The translations under genes and the position numbers were made by a program. A stretch of 63,507 nucleotides of DNA, filler included, from Collodictyon triciliatum (lineage: Eukaryota): NCBI GenBank assembly GCA_043381765.1. It is 4 parts of 4 records of this genome, joined end to end, with 100 filler letters (N's around TTAATTAATTAA, not from the genome) between each part and the next. Parts side by side here need not be neighbours in the genome. Positions count along the whole stretch, not along the records: positions 29,620 to 59,072 come from JBHJMP010000962.1; 3 more parts are not named here. One strand, given 5' to 3'. Shown piece after piece: positions 44,608 to 54,155 of the stretch (positions are counted from its first letter, which is position 1; the number at the start of each line of letters is the position of its first letter). The notes under the pieces were generated by a model, which was not told the DNA's origin, did not search any database, and was given only the letters and a program-made list of their open reading frames with translations.

Positions 44608-45390
44608 TCAAAGTTTGCGTGCTCTTGACACAACCGCCTTCATCTTTTTGGGGTCCTTGATAGCATCCATAATATTTTTTAATTCACGTTTCTCATTTGC
44701 CCCAAACCCACCGCGTTGAGCCCAGCGTTCGATGTCAGGGAATTTCCCAGGACCGAATCGTTTGCCAGATTGCACACCAAAGTATTGCCCATTACCATCA
44801 GGAACAATTTTGACTTCGGAAATACCATTTGTGAATCTTATAATTTTTGAAGTGGGGCTGCCATTCACTGCACTGGATAAAATATTTTCCTGGAAAAATT
44901 CAGATGTTTGGATAAATCCTTTTTCTAATTTCAAAGGCTCACCTGTGCGCATAGATGCATATGCTTCGTTCTGTATCTTTATTTTTTTTATAAAGTCTAG
45001 TCGTCTCACAATATCACGATTAGTTTCATTGGGGAATTGAATATATTGCGCACCTACGTCTTCAAATTGTTTGATTAGATTCTGTTTCTTTTGTTGTAAA
45101 GATACATCTGGGTCATTAAGACTTTCAATAAAGTCAGACAGATTTCTCGTTGGTATATTTTCACCCGGTCTTAGTCTTGTCAATTCAGCTTCAAAATCTT
45201 CACCCTGAGCCATACGAAATCCCTCAGCAATTGCAATTTTATATTCACTTAATGTAAACTCACCCACCGGGTCATCTTCATCTTCACGAGGGGCGCGTTC
45301 ACCTAAGTCTCTTACAATTGTACCTCTGCTTCCTGTTCCTCGAGTTCCTTTACCTGAGTATTCCATTGTATCTCCACTCGTATCAGCCAT
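44608..45390 (-). CDS. Viral hypothetical protein (260 aa)
   Basis: Intact intronless ORF with the TTTCT-N10-ATG upstream motif. Confidence 0.75.
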   Translation of the reverse strand: MADTSGDTMEYSGKGTRGTGSRGTIVRDLGERAPREDEDDPVGEFTLSEYKIAIAEGFRMAQGEDFEAELTRLRPGENIPTRNLSDFIESLNDPDVSLQQKKQNLIKQFEDVGAQYIQFPNETNRDIVRRLDFIKKIKIQNEAYASMRTGEPLKLEKGFIQTSEFFQENILSSAVNGSPTSKIIRFTNGISEVKIVPDGNGQYFGVQSGKRFGPGKFPDIERWAQRGGFGANEKRELKNIMDAIKDPKKMKAVVSRARKL

Positions 45391-45502
45391 ATACCTACAT
45401 AGAAATTTATTTATGCAGTTATACCTATAAATCTTGTTCTATTCTCATCTAACCAGATTTTAAATAAATATTTTGATTGTCCTCTTGCAATACTCCTATA
45501 TT

Positions 45503-46648
45503 TTATAGATACGGACGCGCTGATGATTTTTTACTTTCAAGTATACCTTGTCGATCATCTGGTTCTATTCCAAACTCTTCTAGCAAATCAACATCCTCTG
45601 CTAACACCGTGTTAAAAGTTGTATTAAAATCCGTCTGGGCGTCTACATAATCCTCTTCCTGTTCTCCATATCTTGTGACATCAGATATATTCAAATCATC
45701 AGCAACATGATACCCTGCCATATGTTCTGAGACATCTAACATTCTTTGTCGATATATATCAACGAATCGCACATAATTCTCAAAGGAATCTTCGACTTGT
45801 AAACCCAAAAATAAATCACGAGTTGCTTTTAAAAACATATATGCGGCTCTTGCGTCTAAAGCCCAAGGGTATAATGGAAATAATTCATATTGTTCTGGAC
45901 TGGATGGAATTTCCAACGTTTCATTAATACCTTCAAAAAATGTTCTCACTCTTTTAACAGTATCATAAGACATCTTAAACATTGACGATTGATTACTAAT
46001 ATTTTCTACAAAAACATTCTGTGTAACACGGTCAGCTCTTCCTTTTGCAATATCATTGACTATATCTTCAGCATCCTCAAAATATACTGAAATATCATAG
46101 TCCCAATCAAAAATAGTGTTTGAACCAATTGTCTCATCACCCAAAATAAAAGACTGTCCTGGAGGTAATTGTTTAGTAGACCCATACAGCTCGGATATAT
46201 CCACTTCTTTTTCACCCCTTGCTTTTTTGGCATCAATCATAGTAGATATATTCCCAAATCTAGTTCTACTATAATCTTTGGCATATTGATTCATATTTTC
46301 AGTTATATAGGGTCTCAACTGACCTAAATTTTTTACAACTCGTGTAACACTGATATCAGTTAATGCATTCAGTTCGTTAAATACTGCAAAGTAAATATTA
46401 TTTGTAAAATTCAATCGGTCTTCAGGGTCATCTACAATATCCAAAGTTAGATAATTAAATCCTAAATTATCTCTGCTAAAGTCATATCCCAATCGTTCTA
46501 AAACTTTTTTAAATTCCGTGTACAATTGTCTTAAGAATGACTGCCTTAACCCTTCGTTTTCTGGAGGTAGTGTATTAATGCTAGTCAATATTTGACTAGT
46601 CACAAACCGATAACTATCGTCTCTTGCATTATACTTAAATCGGTCCAT
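45503..46648 (-). CDS. Viral hypothetical protein (~380 aa, acidic C-terminus)
   Basis: Long intact ORF; no motif recognised. Confidence 0.75.
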   Translation of the reverse strand: MDRFKYNARDDSYRFVTSQILTSINTLPPENEGLRQSFLRQLYTEFKKVLERLGYDFSRDNLGFNYLTLDIVDDPEDRLNFTNNIYFAVFNELNALTDISVTRVVKNLGQLRPYITENMNQYAKDYSRTRFGNISTMIDAKKARGEKEVDISELYGSTKQLPPGQSFILGDETIGSNTIFDWDYDISVYFEDAEDIVNDIAKGRADRVTQNVFVENISNQSSMFKMSYDTVKRVRTFFEGINETLEIPSSPEQYELFPLYPWALDARAAYMFLKATRDLFLGLQVEDSFENYVRFVDIYRQRMLDVSEHMAGYHVADDLNISDVTRYGEQEEDYVDAQTDFNTTFNTVLAEDVDLLEEFGIEPDDRQGILESKKSSARPYL

Positions 46649-46787
46649 CAATGTGATTTTTTGATATTCTAATTATTCCTCTTTATTTTTTTCTTTTTTT
46701 TTTCTCAATTTACTGCCTGATGTTTTGCCTGCGCAAATATTTCTCTTTCAATCCTCTCTTTTTCTTTTTTATCTACTCCTTCCTCTG

Positions 46788-48728
46788 TTATTGTTCTTCT
46801 ATAGCCTTTGCTGATTTCCCCTCCTTCTCTTTTGCTGCCTTTGCAAGCTCCTCTTCCATAGACAGTTGCTTTGGGCTTTTAAATTTTTTAAATGCTTCTG
46901 ATTTAACAGGGGTCGCTTCTGCTTGAACAGATTTAACTCTCTTTGTAATTTCACTTTGTTTGGTAAGAGACAAAATATACTCAATAAACTTTTTAATTGT
47001 CGCAGGCTGTTCAACATGTTTTTTCATTACAAAATCAGTTAAATTTATAACCAAGTCGTCCCCATCTAGATCAGCATCATTATCTATGTCAGGCATCCTA
47101 AGTCCAAATGCTTTATTAAAAAACTTATGAGAATCCTCATCCAACAACAAATCTATTTTCTTTAACAAAAATTTACGCTTTTTTACTTTGTCAGGAATTG
47201 CTGTTGTTTTAAGAAAATCACTCAACACACCTAAAAACTTTGATACAGTAGTTTTAGTGCTGTACATTATTTTTAATTGATTGCCCCACTTTTGCATCAA
47301 CATTTGTTTATATGGCTCCTGTTGTGTTTCATATAATGATTTGCGACGTTCTTTAGGTGACTCTTCCATCGGTGAAAAAGATAATTTTTTTTTTACAATT
47401 GGCTTTTCTTGGGGTGTTGATTGTTTCGGTGTAGGTTGTTTCGGTGGTGATTTTTTGGGTGGAGTTTTTTCTTTTGGAGGTGAAGGTGTATCTTTAGGTC
47501 TATTGCCTTCGAAATCAAAAGTGTCAGCAGCTACAAATTTCTCTGATTCATCAACCACAGGTCTTGGTGGTTTTTTTGACTTTTTCTTTTCAATTAATGG
47601 TTTTAACTTTGGGCTTTTAAATACGGCTTCTATATCTAAAGTTGGTGCAGGTTTTGAAGGAGTCTTTGGTTTTTCTTTTTCTTTTTCAGGTGACGGTTTT
47701 TTTGACTCTTGTTGAGATGGTGCTTCACTTGCTTGTTTGCTTTGTGACCTGGTTACAACTCCTGAGGCTACTTGTGACCCAGCTCTTGAAGGGTCTAAAC
47801 TTGCACTTGCAGACCTTGCCAATCCTGCCTGTTGATGAGTTTCGTATATATTGGATGTTGTTGGTATTTTTTCATTAACTAATTGAACATTATCAAAAAA
47901 GTGATTAATTGAATTGACTGTCCATTTTCCAAACTCTCGTGTTTCACCTGGAGCTTTTAGTGAGTTAGCAAATGCGATTAAAGATTCTCTCACCGCAGTG
48001 TTAAACTCACCTCCCTTTCCAAAATTTAAAGCTTTCATTGTTTTCATTTTTTCTATAAGTGTTGTTCCAGAATCTACACCCATTGATGGATGTGCTTCAA
48101 AATATTGCCCTCTCAGATTCTTATTAAACCAACTGTTGAATAATTCATTTTTATTTTTTCCTTTTGGTGGACTGACTACTTTGACTTGTGGTGACAACTT
48201 TTCTCTTTCTTTCTGCAACTCTTGAACTTTTTCTGGTGTGATTCTTTGCATTTTTTCTTTTAGACTTTCAACTGGTTTCGACTTTGGTGGACTGTCTTCT
48301 TCACTTTCGCTTACATTAACACTTATATCTGCTAGTTTTTTTTGCTTTTTTGATTTTTTGGATTCTGCCGCTGCTGGTTTTAAAGGGGCAACTTTTGCAG
48401 GTTTTTCGGGACTATATTCTGGGACCATACTTACGCGGGACGGTTGTTTTGAGGGAGGCTGGTCTGTTATCTGTTTTAAATATAAAGGCATCTCTTGTAA
48501 ATATTTAAAAGGAACAAAGGAATATCCCACATAACAAAGTTTATAAAGATTTTTGGATCTTCTTTTTGCTGTTGCCAATTCATCATCTAAATCCTTTTGA
48601 GCGCGGCTGTTAGTACAATATTGTCTAATTGTTTCCCACCATTTTTTTATATCTACAACTGAATCAATTGTCCAATCATCAAACATTTTTTCAAGTTCTT
48701 CCTGGCTACCATATTTTACCCAACTCAT
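46788..48728 (-). CDS. Viral hypothetical protein (~646 aa, K/P/S-rich low-complexity linkers)
   Basis: Long intact ORF; first ATG at 48728. Confidence 0.8.
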   Translation of the reverse strand: MSWVKYGSQEELEKMFDDWTIDSVVDIKKWWETIRQYCTNSRAQKDLDDELATAKRRSKNLYKLCYVGYSFVPFKYLQEMPLYLKQITDQPPSKQPSRVSMVPEYSPEKPAKVAPLKPAAAESKKSKKQKKLADISVNVSESEEDSPPKSKPVESLKEKMQRITPEKVQELQKEREKLSPQVKVVSPPKGKNKNELFNSWFNKNLRGQYFEAHPSMGVDSGTTLIEKMKTMKALNFGKGGEFNTAVRESLIAFANSLKAPGETREFGKWTVNSINHFFDNVQLVNEKIPTTSNIYETHQQAGLARSASASLDPSRAGSQVASGVVTRSQSKQASEAPSQQESKKPSPEKEKEKPKTPSKPAPTLDIEAVFKSPKLKPLIEKKKSKKPPRPVVDESEKFVAADTFDFEGNRPKDTPSPPKEKTPPKKSPPKQPTPKQSTPQEKPIVKKKLSFSPMEESPKERRKSLYETQQEPYKQMLMQKWGNQLKIMYSTKTTVSKFLGVLSDFLKTTAIPDKVKKRKFLLKKIDLLLDEDSHKFFNKAFGLRMPDIDNDADLDGDDLVINLTDFVMKKHVEQPATIKKFIEYILSLTKQSEITKRVKSVQAEATPVKSEAFKKFKSPKQLSMEEELAKAAKEKEGKSAKAIEEQ

Positions 48729-48765
48729 ATATTTTATCAATAAAATTTATTTCTTGATGAAATCA

Positions 48766-48972
48766 ATGGCAAAGCAAAAGCAGTACAAAAAAACTAAAGT
48801 CGAAAAGAAAAAGAAGGACTACAAGTTGAAAAACATGTACGACCCGGAATTTTCCAGCAGTGCGTTCATTCACAAAAATATGCAAAATCAGTTGGCAAAA
48901 AAAAATATCGACGAAAATAATGGAGCAGTCCAAAATTCTAACAAGAGACAAATGGCAAGCAAAATTAAATGA
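48766..48972 (+). CDS. Small Lys-rich viral ORF (68 aa) overlapping the integrase start
   Basis: MAKQKQYKKTKVEKKKKDY...; preceded by TTTCT-N11-ATG. Confidence 0.45.
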   Translation: MAKQKQYKKTKVEKKKKDYKLKNMYDPEFSSSAFIHKNMQNQLAKKNIDENNGAVQNSNKRQMASKIK

Positions 48973-50179
48973 TGTTTATTACAACGCACCAAAACACACA
49001 AATTCCCGTGACAGTCTTTTCCGCGCTGTTCGTGAATTCGGCATCCCACGGAGTTACGTCGATAAATTTATCCGTGTCCAACCCGACTGGCAAACGCACC
49101 AAAAAATTGGGACAGCCAAAACAACACCAACACTGCAACGCTCAAAGCCTGGATACTTGCAAATGGACGCCATGGATATTAAAAAACTAGAGTCGCCACA
49201 TATAACCGATTTGTTGAATTTTGTGGATGTGTACAGCAGAAAGGCCTGGTCGTTTGCATTGCCAAGCGCCACTGCGGAAAATGTAGTTGAGTGTCTTGAA
49301 GACATTAAAAGTGACTACCCATTTTTACATACAATTCAATCCGACAATGCTCAAAACTTTTCAGCCCAGGAAGTTGAAAATTGGATGAAAAAAAACGGTA
49401 TACGACACGTTTTTTCGAGCGTCGCAAATCCAACAACAAACGCATACGTGGAACGCTTTAATGGACGAATCAAAAAAGCACTTTACTCGTATAAACAGAA
49501 AACAGGAAAAGACCCGATTCCCCAACTGGATGAGTTTGTTGAAGCATTTAATCTTACACCAAACGCAACAACTAAAGTTGTTCCTGAACTTGCAATTCTT
49601 GACAAATACAAAGACAAGATAGCTGAAAATGTAAGTTACTATAACGCAAATAAAAATATTAGCAAAGGACCTCAAAGTCGTTTGCAAATTGGTGACAAAG
49701 TACGCGTCGCAATTGAAAAAGTTGTTTTCGGCTCAGCGCTTAAAAATGAAATTAAAAAAGACAGAGGGTATATGCCCAAGTGGTCGTTTGACCTTTATGA
49801 AATATCAAAAGTATATGAACCAGAAAGTGAATTTGCAGTTATCATGTACGGTCTAAAATATAACAAAGATTGGGACTTGTCTGGAAAGAAATTTCAAAGA
49901 CACGACCTTTTAAAAGTCGATAGCGATACAGCCGAGGGCAGGCATGTACCCAAACATGAACTGTATGACTTTAAAGAATTGTATAAGGAAAAACGCGGGG
50001 TTGGACGAACGCGCACGAAACCGATCGGTCCCAAAGGCCCACCGGGTAAACGAGGGCGCCCACCTAAACCAAAAGACCCCAACGAGCCAATCAAAGAAAA
50101 ACGCCCTCGAGGACGACCAAAAAAAATACAAAGTCAACCACCAGTAATAGAAGGTGCAGATAAGGGTTTGTCGGATTAG
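48920..50179 (+). CDS. Retroviral-like (rve, DDE) Polinton-type integrase with C-terminal AT-hooks
   Basis: YLQMDAMD, FVDVYSRKAW, TIQSDNAQNF, NAYVERFNGRIK; Polinton-like LQIGDKVRV..RGYMPKWS..YEISKV; AT-hooks KRGRPPK and RPRGRPKK. Confidence 0.93.
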   Translation: MEQSKILTRDKWQAKLNDVYYNAPKHTNSRDSLFRAVREFGIPRSYVDKFIRVQPDWQTHQKIGTAKTTPTLQRSKPGYLQMDAMDIKKLESPHITDLLNFVDVYSRKAWSFALPSATAENVVECLEDIKSDYPFLHTIQSDNAQNFSAQEVENWMKKNGIRHVFSSVANPTTNAYVERFNGRIKKALYSYKQKTGKDPIPQLDEFVEAFNLTPNATTKVVPELAILDKYKDKIAENVSYYNANKNISKGPQSRLQIGDKVRVAIEKVVFGSALKNEIKKDRGYMPKWSFDLYEISKVYEPESEFAVIMYGLKYNKDWDLSGKKFQRHDLLKVDSDTAEGRHVPKHELYDFKELYKEKRGVGRTRTKPIGPKGPPGKRGRPPKPKDPNEPIKEKRPRGRPKKIQSQPPVIEGADKGLSD

Positions 50180-50184
50180 TTTTT

Positions 50185-50715
50185 TTATTCATCCGGTTCG
50201 GCTGCCTTCTTGCGCGACTTCTTGGGTGCAGGGCCTGGAGCCTCCTCATCCACTGGCACAGTTTTCTTTGCTCTTGCACGCTTGGTAATTTTCTGGACTT
50301 CCTGAAGCTCTTCCTGCAAATTTTTATTTTCAACTTCAACTTTATTAATTCGTCTTTCTTCTTTGGTGGTTTTAGACTTTACCTTGCCTTTGGACAGCAG
50401 CGCCTCCGTGTCCTTCTTGGTTTTGAAAAACATCAGAACATTGTCCTGGTTAACAGACCACCTTACCGAGTACTGCCGAAACCCAAAGACTTTGTGGGTG
50501 TTGCCTTTGATTGCAGACTGGTCTTCATCCGGCAGAAATGTGATGAATCCACCCTTGCGGAATCCGCCAGCAGAGTCCGTGCCTGACTGGTATTTCCTGG
50601 GCTTCGCAACATATCCAATATAATCTCCAACTTGGATATCTTCGGGGTCAATTGGCTCCCAGTCCTTCTCCCAGTTGTCCGGCATTTTCTTGGCAATTTC
50701 TTCAGGAACTTTCAT
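50185..50715 (-). CDS. Viral hypothetical protein (176 aa) with FRKGGF...WSV motif
   Basis: Intact ORF with a globular N-terminal domain and a basic coiled tail. Confidence 0.75.
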   Translation of the reverse strand: MKVPEEIAKKMPDNWEKDWEPIDPEDIQVGDYIGYVAKPRKYQSGTDSAGGFRKGGFITFLPDEDQSAIKGNTHKVFGFRQYSVRWSVNQDNVLMFFKTKKDTEALLSKGKVKSKTTKEERRINKVEVENKNLQEELQEVQKITKRARAKKTVPVDEEAPGPAPKKSRKKAAEPDE

Positions 50716-50900
50716 AATACTATAACAAACAAAGAAATTTTAGAAAAGAAACGCACTTAAAAAATTAATGACACTAAAATATACAAAACTTTCAATTTTA
50801 AAAAAATGCTGCCAAATTTTTATAAACCTGAATTGCTGCAAATGATTGCGCGCATTCGACAGTTACAAATTAATAAATAAATTGGTGCAGTTGCACAAAT

Positions 50901-53237
50901 TTATTCAAGTAAATGTTTTTCATGAAGATATTCTTCAATCTTCTTCCAAGAAATTTTATAATTCTTGTAGCCATTCTGTTCAACCCCGGGTGTCTTTTTC
51001 AGCTGTTCCCCAAATCGTCGGTTCGTCCAGATGTCTTTGTCCTGGATTCCACACTTTGCCATCATTATCCTAAATGTATTATATAGCTCCAAAGGCTTGA
51101 TTTCTTTATCTAACTTGTCAAATGTGATGGATGAATCGTCAATCACATACTGTTTATAAAACATATCAATCTGGCTGATTTGGTCCTGTAGCTGCTCTTT
51201 GTAAATTTCAGTTTCCTTGTACTGATTTTGAATGAATTTTTCACACTGCCATTTATTGTCAAAGATTGTGTAGAGAACCCTACAAAATTTAACAACCGCA
51301 TCAAGATTCTTAATTTCAGTCAGGACATCATCTAGGTAGTCCTCGCGTAATTTTTCTTCCTTGCAGTGGGAAATCAAATATCGTCGGTTTGTTTCAGAAA
51401 CCTTCCAAACACTCTTATTGTTTGTGTTACAAATCAGATGGCAGCAATTGTTTGTAATATACTTGCTTTGACATTTCTTATGTACGATTGCTGTTTCAGA
51501 AGTCAACCAGTCCTTTGCAACATCAGCAAATGGAATAGCATCAGACTTTTTACCTTCCTCAATAACAACTAAAATTTTGTTTTCAGCTAGCTCTGTGTAT
51601 TTGCCAAAGATATCGTCCATCTTGCTTGTCTTGATTGCATAATTGGGCCCAATGATTGTATTGATAAACAAGTTTGTTGTGATGAGAGACTTACCTATAC
51701 CTTCGGTGTCGCTGTAAAATGTAAGACATGAATGATACCTACCTATGTCCTGGGGAGCAAAAAGTAAATTTGCAAACGTTTGCATAACCTCTTCATATAA
51801 TTCGGGATTCTCGTCGCATAGCTGGTGCCAAATCAACCAGCATATATACGAGTTATGTTTCCATTCAGCAAGTTCTTCATCACTTAGTTGGACACGAATG
51901 TCCCCGTGCTTTTCAATTAAATACCCTTGGAAACTGTTGTAGGTGTTTGGATACTTGATTGGGTCTAAATCTTTGGGTAAATCTGGTCGCATAATTATGT
52001 TTTTGATGTATCTTTTCTTTTCATCGGCATACCACAGGTTTAAGAAATAGAGCATGTGTCCATCAAAATTTTTGTGTAAATGAGCATATCTCTTATCAGC
52101 ATCCTGGTGGTTCCATTGATGAAGAGTAAAATCGTCTTTTATCATCATACATCGACCCATGAATTCAAAATGAGTCTTTTCAAATGACTCTTTTGTTAAT
52201 TCATACCATTGTTCCTGGCACTTGTTTTTGTATGTGAAAAAAATAATTTTATATAGAGCTTCAAAATCTTTTTCAGGTAAGACTTTTTTGAGCATAGTTA
52301 ATATTGTCCTAAATGTAATTGGGCGTTTAGACTTTGGCGCTTGTTGCAGTTGGTTTAATTTTTGAAGTCGTTCTTTGCTACTTGAGTCTTGAGAATCTGG
52401 CAGCTGTTCACAAACTTTTAACCAGGTCTCTTGCAAATTATCAACATTTGCATTTACTAAAACAAAACCATACTTGACCCAGTTGTCATAATCCGCTGGA
52501 ATTGATTTGAACAATTCTCGTTCCAACATCTTATCAATTAACACCTCGGTGAAAATCTTGTCTTGCAAAGGGCAGTTGGCTTTTGTTTTATTTTCAAGTA
52601 TGGGACAAATATAGCGTTCAATGTTTTCCGTCATAGCCTGCTCAATGGTGCGTTTCTTTGATTTGAACAAATGTGAAATACTTGAAATATCAAATTCCTT
52701 TATTTCATTTCTAAACATTTTATCCTCACGCTCCCAAATGTTTTTCGTGTATTTGATAATATCCACTGCTGGCATATTTTCACCAAATACTTTAGTGCCT
52801 TCCATTGACTTTTCAAAATTTTTGATTTTTACATAGACATGAAAGCCTTTGTTATTACCTCGTGTCCAGCACATCGAATTATTGATTGATGGAACATTTA
52901 GAATTTGACCCAGTTGATTGGGGTCGTTTATCTCTTCGGAATCGCAATCAATACACACGAGGTCTTCAACATATTTGAGATAGAGTGATACAACTCTAAA
53001 GCATTTATCTTTCTTCTCCTCTCTGGTAACTCGTCTTTTAAGATATGTGCAATAGGTATTGTACATACTTTTACTCTTTTCTTTATACGCTTCTAACTCA
53101 ATTAATGGGCAGTCGTTCTTCTCAATGATAGTATGCTTTTTACCATTTTCTAAATAGTAATGGGCATAGGCATATGGGATTTTGTTTAAAACTATGAATT
53201 CATTCGTCTGCATTTTATTACAATCCTCTGATTCCAT
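50901..53237 (-). CDS. Primase-helicase: AEP/primpol-like N-terminus, PriCT-2-like region, D5/SF3 helicase (778 aa)
   Basis: AEP motifs VCIDCD and TRGNNKGFHVYV; DYDNWVKYGFVL; Walker A SDTEGIGKS, Walker B LVVIEE, motif C ICNTNN, and RRY. Confidence 0.88.
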   Translation of the reverse strand: MESEDCNKMQTNEFIVLNKIPYAYAHYYLENGKKHTIIEKNDCPLIELEAYKEKSKSMYNTYCTYLKRRVTREEKKDKCFRVVSLYLKYVEDLVCIDCDSEEINDPNQLGQILNVPSINNSMCWTRGNNKGFHVYVKIKNFEKSMEGTKVFGENMPAVDIIKYTKNIWEREDKMFRNEIKEFDISSISHLFKSKKRTIEQAMTENIERYICPILENKTKANCPLQDKIFTEVLIDKMLERELFKSIPADYDNWVKYGFVLVNANVDNLQETWLKVCEQLPDSQDSSSKERLQKLNQLQQAPKSKRPITFRTILTMLKKVLPEKDFEALYKIIFFTYKNKCQEQWYELTKESFEKTHFEFMGRCMMIKDDFTLHQWNHQDADKRYAHLHKNFDGHMLYFLNLWYADEKKRYIKNIIMRPDLPKDLDPIKYPNTYNSFQGYLIEKHGDIRVQLSDEELAEWKHNSYICWLIWHQLCDENPELYEEVMQTFANLLFAPQDIGRYHSCLTFYSDTEGIGKSLITTNLFINTIIGPNYAIKTSKMDDIFGKYTELAENKILVVIEEGKKSDAIPFADVAKDWLTSETAIVHKKCQSKYITNNCCHLICNTNNKSVWKVSETNRRYLISHCKEEKLREDYLDDVLTEIKNLDAVVKFCRVLYTIFDNKWQCEKFIQNQYKETEIYKEQLQDQISQIDMFYKQYVIDDSSITFDKLDKEIKPLELYNTFRIMMAKCGIQDKDIWTNRRFGEQLKKTPGVEQNGYKNYKISWKKIEEYLHEKHLLE

Positions 53238-53469
53238 CTTACTCTACCTTAGATTTTTATTTTTAAATAAGCAATTATACTATATTCTTTAGTATATTAT
53301 ATAGATATCCTATTAGATAGGTTAAGTTATAATAATTCTATTTAATCATTTGCTATGTTGTAATTGTTTGCATAAACAACATTACAATGACCTTTTCCCA
53401 TAAGGCTAGTTTGGGGTACCCAGCGAATCAGCACCCAGCGAATTTAAAATTTTCTCTGCTAAGTTAAAA

Positions 53470-53934
53470 ATGTTTAAGGTAATAGACGGATTTCCAGACT
53501 ACAAAATAAACGAATCAGGGCAAGTTAGAAATGTTCATACTGACAGAGTCAAAAAACCAGTGCTAGGCAAAGACAACTATTGGAGAATTCATTTGTACAA
53601 GGACAAGAAGCCATATTCACATCTGGTTCATAGGCTAATTGCCGAAGCTTTTATAAAAAATGACAATCCAGAGTATGACCAAGTCGACCATATGGACGGC
53701 AACCCCCAAAATAATAAAATTTCAAACCTGAGATGGGTCAACCACAACATTAACCAGAGAAATACATATTCAGTGACAAGCTCAACAGGCCACCAGGGAA
53801 TCTTTAAAAATAAAAATGGCTTTAATGCGCAAGTGGTATTAAATAAAAAGAGAACCGTGAAATATTTTAGAAATCTAAAGGATGCTCGGGCTTGGAGGGA
53901 CAATTTTGTAGATTTGTATTATGAACGGCCCTAA
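53470..53934 (+). CDS. HNH homing endonuclease (NUMOD4-like N-terminus, HNH, AP2-like C-terminus)
   Basis: IDGFPDYKINESGQVRN, VHRLIAEAFI, VDHMDGNPQNNKISNLRWV, SSTGHQGI, YFRNLKDARAWR. Confidence 0.9.
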   Translation: MFKVIDGFPDYKINESGQVRNVHTDRVKKPVLGKDNYWRIHLYKDKKPYSHLVHRLIAEAFIKNDNPEYDQVDHMDGNPQNNKISNLRWVNHNINQRNTYSVTSSTGHQGIFKNKNGFNAQVVLNKKRTVKYFRNLKDARAWRDNFVDLYYERP

Positions 53935-54134
53935 TCAAAATGTAAAGTTAATTTGTTTGTTCCGTTGTCAACTATCATTCTGAAAAGGTACTTTAATTTT
54001 TTTCTTTTTGCGTATTTCTCCAGGTAATAAATATGGTTGAGCATGTCGTCATAGTCTGAAAAGTATTCCTTGGAAAAAAACAACTGTTCTCCTACAATAT
54101 TGTCATTCAAAGTGTAAATGAGCAGAGTGTACAT
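53931..54134 (-). CDS. Small viral hypothetical protein (67 aa)
   Basis: Fills the space between HNH and ATPase; TTTCT-N10-ATG motif upstream. Confidence 0.5.
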   Translation of the reverse strand: MYTLLIYTLNDNIVGEQLFFSKEYFSDYDDMLNHIYYLEKYAKRKKLKYLFRMIVDNGTNKLTLHFD

Positions 54135-54155
54135 AAATTTTCTGAGAAAATATAT

